Source: Basidiobolus meristosporus CBS 931.73 (lineage: Eukaryota; Fungi; Basidiobolomycota). From it: DNA of 64,000 bases. The stretch covers positions 167,037-231,036 of the forward strand of contig MCFE01000025.1 of NCBI GenBank assembly GCA_002104905.1. Reading direction: 5' to 3'. Made by a program: the position numbers and the translations under genes. A model generated the notes under the pieces. It was not told the DNA's origin. It was given only the letters and a program-made list of their open reading frames with translations, and searched no databases. Shown here piece after piece: positions 13,280 through 25,500 of the stretch. How positions within the stretch are numbered: the first letter of the stretch is position 1; the number at the start of each line of letters is the position of its first letter.

Positions 13280-14197
13280 TTAATGATGAGGGGGAAAGCG
13301 TATCGAGCTGGCTGGATTGTCTATATTAATATCGTCCCACCAAGGTAATACCATAGGAATTTTCTCTGGGTCTAGCTCTGGCCAATGCTTTTTGATTGTC
13401 GCGAATATACCACAAAAAGTAGCATTATTGCCCAAGTCCGAAAAATGTATACCGTCAAGGAAATAGTCCTTGAGTTGCATGCCGCGTAAGAGTCGGCGTC
13501 CCGGAATTCGGTCTTTTCGTGCCAATCTGATACGTTTTGTGAAATGCTTCCATAGATCCACCACCGGTACATTCATCTCCTGTCCGATATCCTTGCATTT
13601 TTGAGCATAGATCTTGGTGACTTCTGACTTTCGGTCAAGGGAAATCCCTCGGAAGCTACACATTTTTTCCCACTCTTGCTCAATTAATGGTGGCGGTGTA
13701 ACAAGCAGTACACGTGTTTTAGGGCTATAGTAGGGTGATTTAGGGGATTTGGTCATATTGATAAGTTCTCGTAGATTCTCTCCATAAACATCCACCGGAA
13801 TATGCTGACTGGAGTTGGGTAGGGCTGCATCGTTGGTGCCAAGGAAAATAATTATCAGCTCTGTGGTAGGACTTCCTTTCGGATTGGTATCCGATTTCAG
13901 TGGCAGCAATTGGTTCAGAATGTGCTTGGCCCACTCGGTGTTGTATCCTGGAGAGTAGGTTAGTATTATAGCCTCATATGAACAGTTGTATCAATATACT
14001 AACCGACATAGCCACGATTCAATACATCCAACTTCCCACTGTACTCATTTGCTAACGCAGCTCCCCAACCATTAATGTTGGCAAAGCTAAGCTATTTGAT
14101 AGAGGTGAGAAGCAACACACCAGGTTGCAACAGGGTGAATTCTACTTACTTGAGTCATGGCATCCCCGAAAAGTATGATTTTGCTGTATTCATACAT
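13280..14197 (-). CDS. SGNH/GDSL hydrolase, IAH1 (isoamyl-acetate esterase)-like; block I reads GDA instead of GDS
   Basis: Exons MYEYSKIILFGDAMTQ|LSFANINGWGAALANEYSGKLDVLNRGYVG|YNTEWA...IIFLGTNDAALP..QHIP...LVTPPP...VVDLW...FLDGIHFSDLGN...W.ELDPEKIPMVLPWWDDIN. Confidence 0.88.
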
Positions 14198-14723
14198 GTT
14201 GTAGGAAAGAGAGTATCAAAAAACATCCTAGCTGCTCCATTTTAAATTAGATGATGGAGTCAGTCACCTATCTCTTAATATAGTATATTCCGAAAATCCA
14301 AGGCACAAGTACAGATTCATATCTCTGCTTAGTCAGTGGATATCTATCTATTCATACTGCCCCCTATCGCTTATGTATGTAAACTCATTTCATTGGTATT
14401 AAAATATCCGCTTATCCGAATAGCGCTATTTCCTATCATTTGTTGAGTAAAGGTACCTATGCCTTGTGATTCGTTCATCTTGAAAATATCAGGGAAAGGA
14501 ACTATGTTCACATGAGTAAATTCTCACACTGCTGAATTATACTTAATGTTGATTTATTGTTGGTAAGGCAATGTGCCTCAAGTTAGTCAGCTTTCTGTTG
14601 ACAGGGTGCTAGAACTGAAACATTATCGAGATTATAAATGTACATGACTATAATGGGTGATTCCGCAAAGAATTTACTGGAGTGGCTCATGAAACACAAG
14701 ATGGATATCAACCAGGTAAAATG

Positions 14724-17700
14724 TTACCATGCAAGTTTGGCCAGGAGCCCTTGAGGATACTTGCGAACAAAGTACTTCCGGGTCTCGTCTGCCAACAGAA
14801 TAATCAACGCTCCAGCTAACGGAATGAACCAGAACTTCACGGGTACTGGTCGTGTGTTGAAGATGTTATTGAACACTGGTAGATAGACTGCAACCAAGGC
14901 CAACACAACCGAACCAAACTGAGCTCCAAACAGCCAGAGGTTACGGGATGGTTGCGCCCACGGTGGGTGCTGTAGGATAGAGAGTCGTCTCGTACGGCTG
15001 GACAGCAGATTACCAAAGGCTTGAAGCATCACCAGGGTTACAAAGGTAACACACTGTCCTGTGTACAGCAGGTCATCCAGCTGTTCTTGGGTCAGTCCCT
15101 TGTATCCCGCGGTCCACTTGTCAAACGTCAGCAGAATATCGCCTGCAGAGAGATGGCCAGCGGATTGGACATAGTAGAAGAACATACAGTGAGAGAAGAG
15201 TGTTTCCAGCATACCCACAAATAGGTAGGCATGGCGCAAAAGACCCAGGTTGACAAGGCGATCCTGATTTGGACGACGAGGGGGACGTTTCAGCAGATCT
15301 GACTCCGGTGTCTCAAACATGATGGCGATCGAGGGTAACATGTCGGTCAATACACAAATACAGATCATGAGAAAGGCAGATAGTGGCAGTGGAACACCCA
15401 GGAGTACATTCACCAAGATCGGGATCAATTCGGACCACGACCCAGCTGGAAGCAGATAGAGAATGACCTTCTTCAAGTTGTCATACACCAGTCTTCCGTT
15501 CTCGATGGCCACAATGATGGACGAGAAGTTGTTGTCAAGGAGCACCATGTGCGCGGCCTCCATGGCCACTTCGCTACCACCACCCATGGCAATACCAATG
15601 TTGGCGGCCTTGAGAGCGGGGGCATCGTTCACACCATCACCAGTAACACCAACAATGTTGCCACGTTGCTGGAACTCGTTGACAATTCTGAGCTTCTGTT
15701 CGGGGGTAGTACGGGCAAACACAATCTCATCATAGCCAGTGACCATATCCCATTGCTGATCAGTGAGGTCGGGGAGATCAGAGCCGGAGAGAAGAAGTGC
15801 TCTTCTGCAACTGTTGACTCCGTCATCAACAGCCAGAGTCATTTCACTTTTTTCACTAATCAGGTCTTCAACTTTGTCAATGTGCTCGGCAGTGAAAATA
15901 CCCACTTGCTTAGCAATAGCAGCGGCAGTCAAGGAGAAATCACCGGTAACCATGAACAAACGCACACCGGCACCACGACAGGTCTTCACCACATCAAAGA
16001 TCTCGGGTCTGGGTGGATCGATGATGCCGACCAATCCGACAATGCACATATTCTCCGCAAGGGTGGTAACCTCTTCCGAGGTCATTCCACTACTGAACTC
16101 GCCTTCTTCCAAGTGTCTTCTTGTCATCAGAAGTACTCTTTGACCATTGGAGCTCCACTCCTCTTGCTGACGAAGTATTTGTTGTCTTGCCGAATGGTTG
16201 AATGGACTCTCAGTACCATCAAAGTTGAGGATACGCGTGCATTTGCCGAGAATGAAGTCAGGGGCACCCTTGAGCATAAGAACGGCCTTGTCAGTCCTGA
16301 ATCCGTTATCTTCACTCTTTCCCTTGGCAATAGACAACATCCACTTGTTCTTGGAGTTGAAGGGGATATCAAACAGTTTCTCGAAGGTTGGGTTGTGTTC
16401 GCTGATCATTCTGTAGTCTTCGGCAAAGCGAAGAATGGCCGAATCAGTAGCGTCTCCATTGGTCTTGCGCTCGGACACTGGCAGGTCCATCGACTCGCTA
16501 TCGAACGAAGCACCATTACAGAGACCAGAGACGGCGAGTAGCTCCAACACTCCGGGGGCCTTGGCGTTGTAGTGATCTCTGCACTCGTTCATGTTGAACG
16601 CCTGGCCAGCGAATCCGGAGCTAACAAACATTCTGTTTTGGGTGAGTGTCCCGGTCTTGTCGGAGGCGATGACGTTCACAGAGCCCAGAGTCTCGACTGT
16701 GGTCAAGTTCTTGACCAGCACCTTTTGCTGCTGCATCTTACGAGCAACCAGAGTGAGGGTCAGGGTGACAGCTACTGGGAGACCTTCAGGGACGAAAGCA
16801 ACAAGAACGGCGATAGCATTGACCAGTGCGGTGGAGAGGTTCAAGAAGTTGGGGTAGGTGGTACGCAACCAAGCAGCCCACAGGATCATGACAAAAACTG
16901 CCGTGGAGATTGAGAGTGTCGCAATGATCCTCACAAATCGACTGATTTCAATCTGCAACAAAGTCTTTGAAGTTCCTGCATTGCTTGATAGCTTGGCGAT
17001 CTTCCCCATGACGGTGTTATCACCAGTGGAGACAACCACACCGACACCTTCACCGTTAGTGGTGAGAGTACCCATCAAAGCAACATTTTTGGACTCCAGG
17101 TAGTTCTCATCGGTCATGTCAACGGTAGCGGCGATTGGGTCACTCTCACCGGTCAGAACGGATTTGTCAAACTTGAGGTCGGAGCAACTGATCACTCGAG
17201 CATCAGCGGGAACCTTGTTACCGTATGTCAGGTAGACCACATCACCAACAACTAGGTCACTCACTGGCACTCTCACCTTCTGGCCCCCACGATTCACCAG
17301 AGCATTTGCTGGCAGCATACCGTTGATCGAGTTCATCACCTTGGAGGAGCTCCAATCCTGATAGGCATTGAAGCCAGCTTGCAGGAAGATCACGATCAGA
17401 AGTAGAACTCCAAGACCGAGATTCAACGGGTCTGGAGGATTCCCCAGGGGCTTCCATGCCAAGAAGCAGATGAGGGCGGCAAACCACAGGAGGCCACAGA
17501 ACCCACCGAAGCCATAGTCAAAAATCTTAGACCAGAGCTTGGAGGGAGGAGGAGAGATCTGGTTTTTTCCATTTTTGACCAGGCGTTCTTGTGCCTTGGC
17601 TGAGTCCAAACCATTGTCGAGCGAGGTATTGAAGCGGAGACTTATTTCGTGTAGGTTTAATTTGTGATAGTCAATGGCGAGTTCTTTCTCAAGATCCTTG

Positions 17701-17819
17701 TCTTTTGGGCCATTCCTTGTTCGTGTTCGAGCCTCATCCACTCGAATAGATAAAGTACGGAACTCTACAGTCAATGTTCGAGAGACTGGTAGAGCCGATG
17801 GTGTTCCACTAGACGGCAT
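14724..17819 (-). CDS. P-type cation ATPase, fungal Na,K-ATPase-like (ACU type), copy 1; intronless
   Basis: 1031 aa with TGES, VPEGL, DKTGTLT, KGAP, DPPR, MVTGD, TGDGVNDAPAL. TM5 YLLPAGSWSE, TM6 ICVLTD and C-terminal ..LAKLAW are typical of fungal ACU pumps. Confidence 0.95.
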   Translation of the reverse strand: MPSSGTPSALPVSRTLTVEFRTLSIRVDEARTRTRNGPKDKDLEKELAIDYHKLNLHEISLRFNTSLDNGLDSAKAQERLVKNGKNQISPPPSKLWSKIFDYGFGGFCGLLWFAALICFLAWKPLGNPPDPLNLGLGVLLLIVIFLQAGFNAYQDWSSSKVMNSINGMLPANALVNRGGQKVRVPVSDLVVGDVVYLTYGNKVPADARVISCSDLKFDKSVLTGESDPIAATVDMTDENYLESKNVALMGTLTTNGEGVGVVVSTGDNTVMGKIAKLSSNAGTSKTLLQIEISRFVRIIATLSISTAVFVMILWAAWLRTTYPNFLNLSTALVNAIAVLVAFVPEGLPVAVTLTLTLVARKMQQQKVLVKNLTTVETLGSVNVIASDKTGTLTQNRMFVSSGFAGQAFNMNECRDHYNAKAPGVLELLAVSGLCNGASFDSESMDLPVSERKTNGDATDSAILRFAEDYRMISEHNPTFEKLFDIPFNSKNKWMLSIAKGKSEDNGFRTDKAVLMLKGAPDFILGKCTRILNFDGTESPFNHSARQQILRQQEEWSSNGQRVLLMTRRHLEEGEFSSGMTSEEVTTLAENMCIVGLVGIIDPPRPEIFDVVKTCRGAGVRLFMVTGDFSLTAAAIAKQVGIFTAEHIDKVEDLISEKSEMTLAVDDGVNSCRRALLLSGSDLPDLTDQQWDMVTGYDEIVFARTTPEQKLRIVNEFQQRGNIVGVTGDGVNDAPALKAANIGIAMGGGSEVAMEAAHMVLLDNNFSSIIVAIENGRLVYDNLKKVILYLLPAGSWSELIPILVNVLLGVPLPLSAFLMICICVLTDMLPSIAIMFETPESDLLKRPPRRPNQDRLVNLGLLRHAYLFVGMLETLFSHCMFFYYVQSAGHLSAGDILLTFDKWTAGYKGLTQEQLDDLLYTGQCVTFVTLVMLQAFGNLLSSRTRRLSILQHPPWAQPSRNLWLFGAQFGSVVLALVAVYLPVFNNIFNTRPVPVKFWFIPLAGALIILLADETRKYFVRKYPQGLLAKLAW

Positions 17820-18672
17820 TCTTTCGTAGAATAAACTCCCCTAAAGAATCACAGGAGTAAGTTCACCTAGTTATAGTAAACCTACAAACAATCCCATTTC
17901 AGTTTCGGATGAGTCAACAATCAGGCAATGTGCCATAATCACACCGAGAGGTTGAAACAATCTTCAATGAGTTTATTTGCACCACCAGTGAACATTATAC
18001 TTCTACACGAAAATGGGAGTCAGGCCATATGTTCAACTATCGAAATCCATCCAACGCTATTCATACTGACATATTCATATATCAACCAAATCGATAAATT
18101 CTCCCAAAGAATTCGAAAAATGTGCGGGTCAATCGTAAATATCTTTCAAAACGCAAAAAAATGCTTGTTGGCCACGAGGAGTTCTCAACATGTGACTACA
18201 AGGAATATTACCTGATAATGTGCCTTGAGTCAGATTTCACATAAACCAAGTATATGTAGAAATTTCCGAGTTTCATTTTCTTACTTTTGATCCTCGAGAC
18301 TATCACTAGTTCAGTTGGCTTCCATCATATTGTATTCGTTTTGCATATCAGCAGTTACTTTAAAGCTTAACAAGTAGACATAAGTGAGCTAAAATATGAT
18401 GTTTGATAGCACTTTAGAATTGTAGAAATGATGAAAAGATAGGAAAAGCCCACACCACGACTTCGTTTGATTTCTATTTTATAAAGATCTACTAAATGTT
18501 GGTCTTTTAATTTCGTGTATGTGTAAGAGAATAAATAAGGCAAAGGTAGCATTTGGAACATCTACAATACTTTTATTGCTCCTACTTGTTTAATTATGCC
18601 ATGTACATGTTGAGTCCCTCATTCCCAAATGTTTAAATAATATCACATTGCCTAATAAAACTTGATTATAAC

Positions 18673-21200
18673 TGTTGTGAGAGATTTGCAGATATTGGAA
18701 GCTATTGGCTGAAGTTGCAGATTATGTGATTTTCACTTGAAAACTGATTGAATGTTGTCATAGTATTGCTACTTTTACAAGGCTTTGATAAAACAACAAG
18801 TATATATGTTACAATTCTAATATCTCTCAAGAACATTTCTAAACTGTTGTAAGAGTTGTGGAGATATTGGAAGTAATTGAGAGAACATGCATATTATATA
18901 GCTTTTGCTCAATGATTTATTGAATATAAACAAGGTGTATATACTTTTACATGATCTTGGCAAAACAAATGCATAGAATAAGTCTACAAAGATCTCAAGA
19001 ATATTTGTACAAAGTTTGGGGACTTGGTGTTGTCAGTGTTTTGGAGATATTGGAAGTGATAGGACAGTAAGTGGATTATCTGGCTTTCACAAGATGATAT
19101 AATGAATGTGAAAGTAGTATTTATATTTAACATGGTCTTGGCAAAACAAACATATAGAATATGCTTAGTAATGTTCCAAGTGCTGCAATATTCTGAGGAG
19201 TATTGGAAGTGATGTGGAGAACTAGAAGATTTACGTTATTCACTTGTAGATTTATTGATCAAAAGTATGGTATTTAGACTCTTGATGAAGTAAGACAAAC
19301 AAACGTGTAGAGTTTGATCAGGAAGGTCCCAAGAGTATATGGGTCTTTTGGACAACTTTGAGAAAGGTCATAATCTGAGAACCTGATAATTTGGTGAAAA
19401 TATTCCAAGTAAATCCCAAGAAGTTTGGTCAGAACTGAATGTTAATCACCAAACAAGATCTATGCAACTAGAACATGAGATTTCTCAAAGTTATCTAAAC
19501 AGCCTCAAACTCTGCACACATGTTCTTGAGACTTTTCTAAGCATATTTTGCATGTTTGTTCTGCCAGGATCATATACAGGTATAAGTATTAATTTTGCAT
19601 GATCTTGGCATAGAAACAAATAGAATAGGCTTAGGAAGGTCCTAAGAGCATGTGTGCAAAGTTTGGGGCTGTTTGGACAACTTTGACAATTTTCATGTTC
19701 TGGGTACCTGATATTTTAGTGAATATACTCTAGGTAGATCCCGACAAGGAATTTAATCAGTATTCTCTAGGATTAGAAGGTAATGATGTAAGTGACTAAG
19801 TTAGGTGAATATTTAGGTGAAAATCCGAATATTTACAACAAATACTACAACAAAATAAACCTCAACAGAATACTTGACTGGAAAATAATTTGGCTTGTAG
19901 TCTCAGTCAAGTGTATATTAACATTTAGGTGCAAATACAAGATCACAGTGACAGGAGTCTCACTGTTGCGGCCACTACTGCCAACTTAAGACTTATCCAA
20001 ACAGCTATATACTGCTGTAAGAGCTCTTGATGTGCTTGAAGTGATTGGGAGAGTGAGTCAATTTTGCAGTTTTCACTTGATGAATCATTGAATATAAAAG
20101 TTATATTTGTACTTGTACATAGGCTTATCGGGACAAACACATAGGATATGCAAAGGAAGGTCCTAAGAGCTTGTGTTTCAAGTTTGGGGCTATTTTGACA
20201 ACTCATTAGCACTTCATGGCCATGGTGTGGCAAGATTCTGTTGTAAGAGTCTTAGAGATGTTGGGAGTGATTGAAAGAACAAGTAGATTATGTGAATTTC
20301 ACTTATTGGTTTATTGAATGTACAAGTAGATTTTGTTGTAAGAGTCTTGGAGATATTGGAAGTGATTGGGAGGACAAGTAGATTATGTGGTTTTCACTTA
20401 ATGATTTATTGAATGTAAAAGTAGTATTTATACTTTTCATGATCTTGGCATTACAAACACAGAATAGGCTAAGGAAGATCCCAAGAATATGTGTGCAACG
20501 TTTGGGGCTGTTTGGACAACTTTGAGACTTTTCATGTTCTGGGTAAATATTCCAAGTAAATCCCAACAAGGAATTTGGTCAGTATTCCCTAGGGTTTGAA
20601 GGTAATGATCTAAGTGACTAAGTTAGGTGAATATTTAGGTGCAATTATGAATTTTTACAACAGCTTATTACTATTATTGGTATAAACACTATTTAGCCTC
20701 ATCTTCTCCCAGACAATATGTCACCTGGTCTGCCAAATAACTAGTGCATGAGATATTGAGAGTTGTAAGATTAGAGGTTTTTGGAATTCAGCTGATTTTA
20801 TGATTGTATTCCACTGCCCTTTTGTTAATATTTTTTCTTAGGTGTGGTTTAGGTAAGTGCCAAATATTTGTTGTAAGAGCCTTGGAGATATTGGAAGTGA
20901 TTTGGAGAACAAGTAGATTATGTGGTTTTCACTTAATGATTTATTGAATGTAAAAGTAGTATTTATACTTTTACCTGGTCTTGGCATAACAAACACGTAG
21001 AATAGGTTAAGGAAGGTCCCAAGAACATGTGTGCAAAGTTTGGGGCTGTTTGGACAACTTATCAAATTTTCATGTTCTGGGTAAATATTCTAAGTAAATC
21101 CCGACAAGGAATTTGGTCAGTATTCTCTAGGATTTGAAGGTGATGATCTAAGTGACTAAGTTAGGTGAATATTTAGGTGGAAATACGAATTTTTACAACA
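18673..21200 (-). mobile_element. Cluster of at least 10 nested or truncated Ty1/copia-family LTRs
   Basis: LTR termini TG(T/C)TG(T/C)(A/G/C).. at about 18673, 18845, 19028, 19181, 20013, 20239, 20334 and 20869, plus fragments at 19470-19590 (opposite orientation) and 19590-19840. All share 'gatattggaagtgatt', 'ggaaggtcccaaga', 'gtttggggctgtttggacaac', 'gtgaatatttaggtg'. Same family as the LTRs at 50681, 51261 and 54229. Confidence 0.9.
20869..21200 (-). mobile_element. Intact solo LTR (332 bp) with 5-bp target-site duplication ATATT
   Basis: TGTTGTAA...TTACAACA terminal inverted repeats; ATATT at 20864-20868 and 21201-21205. Confidence 0.92.
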
Positions 21201-22582
21201 ATATTTACAACATTCAGGGCCTTCCACAAGACTTTTGAATTGCTTTTGCAAAGCTGTGAGAAAGATATAGAATGCTACAACATTGCGCATAAGATCCAGA
21301 AGTGGGATCAGCATTTGCCCCAGAGCTCTGAGCCAGCTAATTGATATATTCTGAGTCTACTTGCTGTGATAGCATGTCCTGGAAGTTGTCACAGTAGGTA
21401 GGATTACCCGAAGACTCCAAACTACGTCTACAACTTCGAGTAATAATTTGTGGATTGGCTTTGATTAGTACTGCACTGCTCATTCAAAAGTATAAGCAGC
21501 TTGTTACAATAGAGAATACACTTCAAAAAGTGAATATCTTGAAAATCTACCAGTTGACCAAATCACTTGAAAGCTCCCAGGTCAATTAGGTGCCGTCAAT
21601 GCGTATTATTGTATGTAATGAATAGACTCAGGATAACTCGCTTTGTATGATAACTATTGGAGATCAGCAATCGAGAATTCCTGGCGTGAAGTGGGGTGGT
21701 GAAGCGTCAGTGGAAAACGTTTATCTTACTGGCAGATTGACTCCGTGCGAATAGGATCGGTAGCAAAACGAAAGAATGTGCTATGGAAGGCAATGGAAAG
21801 ATGCAGGGAAAATTAGTGGTCCATGAAGTGGTTGCAGAACTCAGAAGAATTATGGACAGATTTGATCATTTCGCTTGTGTAACATCGTGAAATAGTCCAT
21901 CTTTTCCGGGGACTATTCCTGGTATATCGATGATCGGATGTCCAACTGCTAGTTGCAAGGACAAGTATCTAGAAATCACCCAATGATTGAACTGATCCAA
22001 CCATCCCCAACTGCCGACAATTCCAACAAATCTGGGTGACCTTTTGGTACCCTAACCCGTACAACTTGATCGAATATTGCGTGGGCCCTCAATGGTCGCT
22101 ATTATGGGAGTGCTCTGGGAACTTGGGGTTGCCAGATATCCACAGAAGATGACGGATATGGCTGCTACATTTGTACGTATAGGGAGAGGATGAATTCCTG
22201 AAACTGCGCTACTAAATCGCTTCATATCGACCATTGTAGGTTGTGGCAAGTGATGTGTGCATGACTTGTCTGAATGGATCTTATCTATATGTTAACCATG
22301 GGACATACTTGAACCGCTGATTTCATATCAGGTTGACTTTAATTATTAACGTAATGTTGTAAAAGATGGGAATCGGTGTAGAAGTAACCCACAATATTAT
22401 CAATACAAGAGGACAGGATGGTCAATTGCTGTTGGATAGTCGTCCAATCATGTCCACGTGTGGATTACCAATTTCAAGGTGATTAGGAAACTTCCAATAA
22501 CGAATTATTAACTGATAATTTACATATTACTACACGGATTCGGGTAAGTAACCCGCTTCCCAGCGTGAATTCGGTGTAAAAT

Positions 22583-25500
22583 TTACCACGCTAGTTTGGC
22601 CAGGAGCCCTTGAGGATACTTGCGAACAAAGTACTTCCGGGTCTCGTCTGCCAACAGAATAATCAACGCTCCAGCTAACGGAATGAACCAGAACTTCACG
22701 GGTACTGGTCGTGTGTTGAAGATGTTATTGAACACTGGTAGATAGACTGCAACCAAGGCCAACACAACCGAACCAAACTGAGCTCCAAACAGCCAGAGGT
22801 TGCGGGATGGTTGCGCCCACGGTGAGTGCTGTAGGATAGAGAGTCGTCTAGTACGGCTGGACAGCAGATTACCAAAGGCTTGAAGCATCACCAGGGTTAC
22901 AAAGGTAACACACTGTCCTGTGTACAGCAGGTCATCCAGCTGTTCTTGGGTCAGTCCCTTGTATCCCGCGGTCCACTTGTCAAACGTCAGCAGAATATCG
23001 CCTGCAGAGAGATGGCCAGCGGATTGGACATAGTAGAAGAACATACAGTGAGAGAAGAGTGTTTCCAGCATACCCACAAATAAGTAGGCATGGCGCAAAA
23101 GACCCAGGTTGACAAGGCGATCCTGATTTGGACGACGAGGGGGACGTTTCAGCAGATCTGACTCCGGTGTCTCAAACATGATGGCGATCGAGGGTAGCAT
23201 GTCGGTCAGTACACAAATACAGATCATGAGAAAGGCAGATAGTGGCAGTGGAACACCCAGCAGTACATTCACCAAGATCGGGATCAATTCGGACCACGAC
23301 CCAGCTGGAAGCAGATAGAGAATGACCTTCTTCAAGTTGTCATACACCAGTCTTCCATTCTCGATGGCCACAATGATGGACGAGAAGTTGTTGTCAAGGA
23401 GCACCATGTGCGCGGCCTCCATGGCCACTTCGCTACCACCACCCATGGCAATACCAATGTTGGCGGCCTTGAGAGCGGGAGCATCGTTCACACCATCACC
23501 AGTAACACCAACAATGTTGCCACGTTGCTGGAACTCGTTGACAATTCTGAGCTTCTGTTCGGGGGTAGTACGGGCAAACACAATCTCATCATAGCCAGTG
23601 ACCATATCCCATTGCTGATCAGTGAGGTCGGGGAGATCAGAGCCGGAGAGAAGAAGTGCTCTTCTGCAACTGTTGACTCCGTCATCAACAGCCAGAGTCA
23701 TTTCACTTTTTTCACTAATCAGGTCTTCAACTTTGTCAATGTGCTCGGCAGTGAAAATACCCACTTGCTTAGCAATAGCAGCGGCAGTCAAGGAGAAATC
23801 ACCGGTAACCATGAACAAACGCACACCAGCACCGCGGCAGGTCTTCACCACATCAAAGATCTCGGGTCTGGGTGGATCGATGATGCCGACCAATCCGACA
23901 ATGCACATGTTTTCGGTAAGGGTGGTCACCTCTTCCGAGGTCATCTCACTGTTGAACTCGCCTTCTTCCAAGTGTCTTCTTGTCATCAGAAGTACTCTTT
24001 GACCATTGGAACTCCACTCCTCTTGCTGACGAAGTACTCTGGCTTTAGCCTCTTCATCGAATGGGCTCTCGGTACCATCAAAGTTGAGGATGCGCGTGCA
24101 TTTGCCGAGAATGAAGTCAGGGGCACCCTTGAGCATAAGAACGGCCTTGTCAGTCCTGAATCCGTTGTCTTCACTCTTTCCCTTGGCAATAGACAACATC
24201 CACTTGTTCTTGGAGTTGAAGGGGATATCAAACAGTTTCTCGAAGGTTGGGTTGTGTTCGCTGATCATTCTGTAGTCTTCGGCAAAGCGAAGAATGGCCG
24301 AATCAGTAGCGTCTCCATTGGTCTTGCGCTCGGACACTGGCAGGTCCATCGACTCGCTATCGAACGAAGCACCATTACAGAGACCGGAGACGGCGAGTAG
24401 CTCCAACACTCCGGGGGCCTTAGCGTTGTAGTGATCTCTGCACTCGTTCATGTTGAACGCCTGGCCAGCGAATCCGGAGCTAACAAACATTCTGTTTTGG
24501 GTGAGTGTCCCGGTCTTGTCGGAGGCGATGACGTTCACAGAGCCCAGGGTCTCGACTGTGGTCAAGTTCTTGACCAGCACCTTTTGCTGCTGCATCTTAC
24601 GAGCAACCAGAGTGAGGGTCAGGGTGACAGCTACTGGGAGACCTTCAGGGACGAAAGCAACAAGAACGGCGATAGCATTGACCAGTGCGGTGGAGAGGTT
24701 CAAGAAGTTGGGGTAGGTGGTACGCAACCAAGCAGCCCACAGGATCATGACAAAAACTGCCGTGGAGATTGAGAGTGTCGCAATGATCCTCACAAATCGA
24801 CTGATTTCAATCTGCAACAAAGTCTTTGAAGTTCCTGCATTGCTCGATAGCTTGGCGATCTTCCCCATGACGGTGTTATCACCGGTGGAGACAACCACAC
24901 CGACACCTTCACCGTTAGTGGTGAGAGTACCCATCAAAGCAACATTCTTGGACTCCAGGTAGTTCTCATCGGTCATGTCAACGGTAGCGGCGATTGGGTC
25001 ACTCTCACCGGTCAGAACGGATTTGTCAAACTTGAGGTCGGAGCAACTGATCACTCGAGCATCAGCGGGAACCTTGTTACCGTATGTCAGGTAGACCACA
25101 TCACCAACAACTAGGTCACTCACTGGCACTCTCACCTTCTGGCCCCCACGATTCACCAGAGCATTTGCTGGCAGCATACCGTTGATCGAGTTCATCACCT
25201 TGGAGGAGCTCCAATCCTGATAGGCATTGAAGCCAGCTTGCAGGAAGATCACGATCAGAAGTAGAACTCCAAGACCGAGATTCAACGGGTCTGGAGGATT
25301 CCCCAGGGGCTTCCATGCCAAGAAGCAGATGAGGGCGGCAAACCACAGGAGGCCACAGAATCCACCGAAGCCATAGTCAAAAATCTTAGACCAGAGCTTG
25401 GAGGGAGGAGGAGAGATCTGGTTTTTTCCATTTTTGACCAGGCGTTCTTGTGCCTTGGCTGAGTCCAAACCATTTTCGAGCGAGGTATTGAAGCGGAGAC

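Noticed and set aside
15549-16541. 330-aa antisense ORFs over ATPase copies 1/2 (also 23408-24400) and the 506-aa antisense ORF 28672-30192
   Set aside because: Mirror-frame ORFs expected from the codon bias of the sense gene. Their conservation simply follows the duplicated ATPase, and they carry no recognisable motifs.
18673-21200. Repeats considered as a CRISPR array, MITE family or satellite
   Set aside because: Units are 300-350 bp with no unique spacers. TG..CA ends, a 5-bp TSD, and PBS/PPT/RNase H at 50.7-54.6 kb identify them as copia LTRs.
21210-22560. Moderately GC-rich spacer between the LTR cluster and the ATPase copy 2 stop
   Set aside because: No sustained ORF or repeat; could be decayed TE or UTR, but unsupported.
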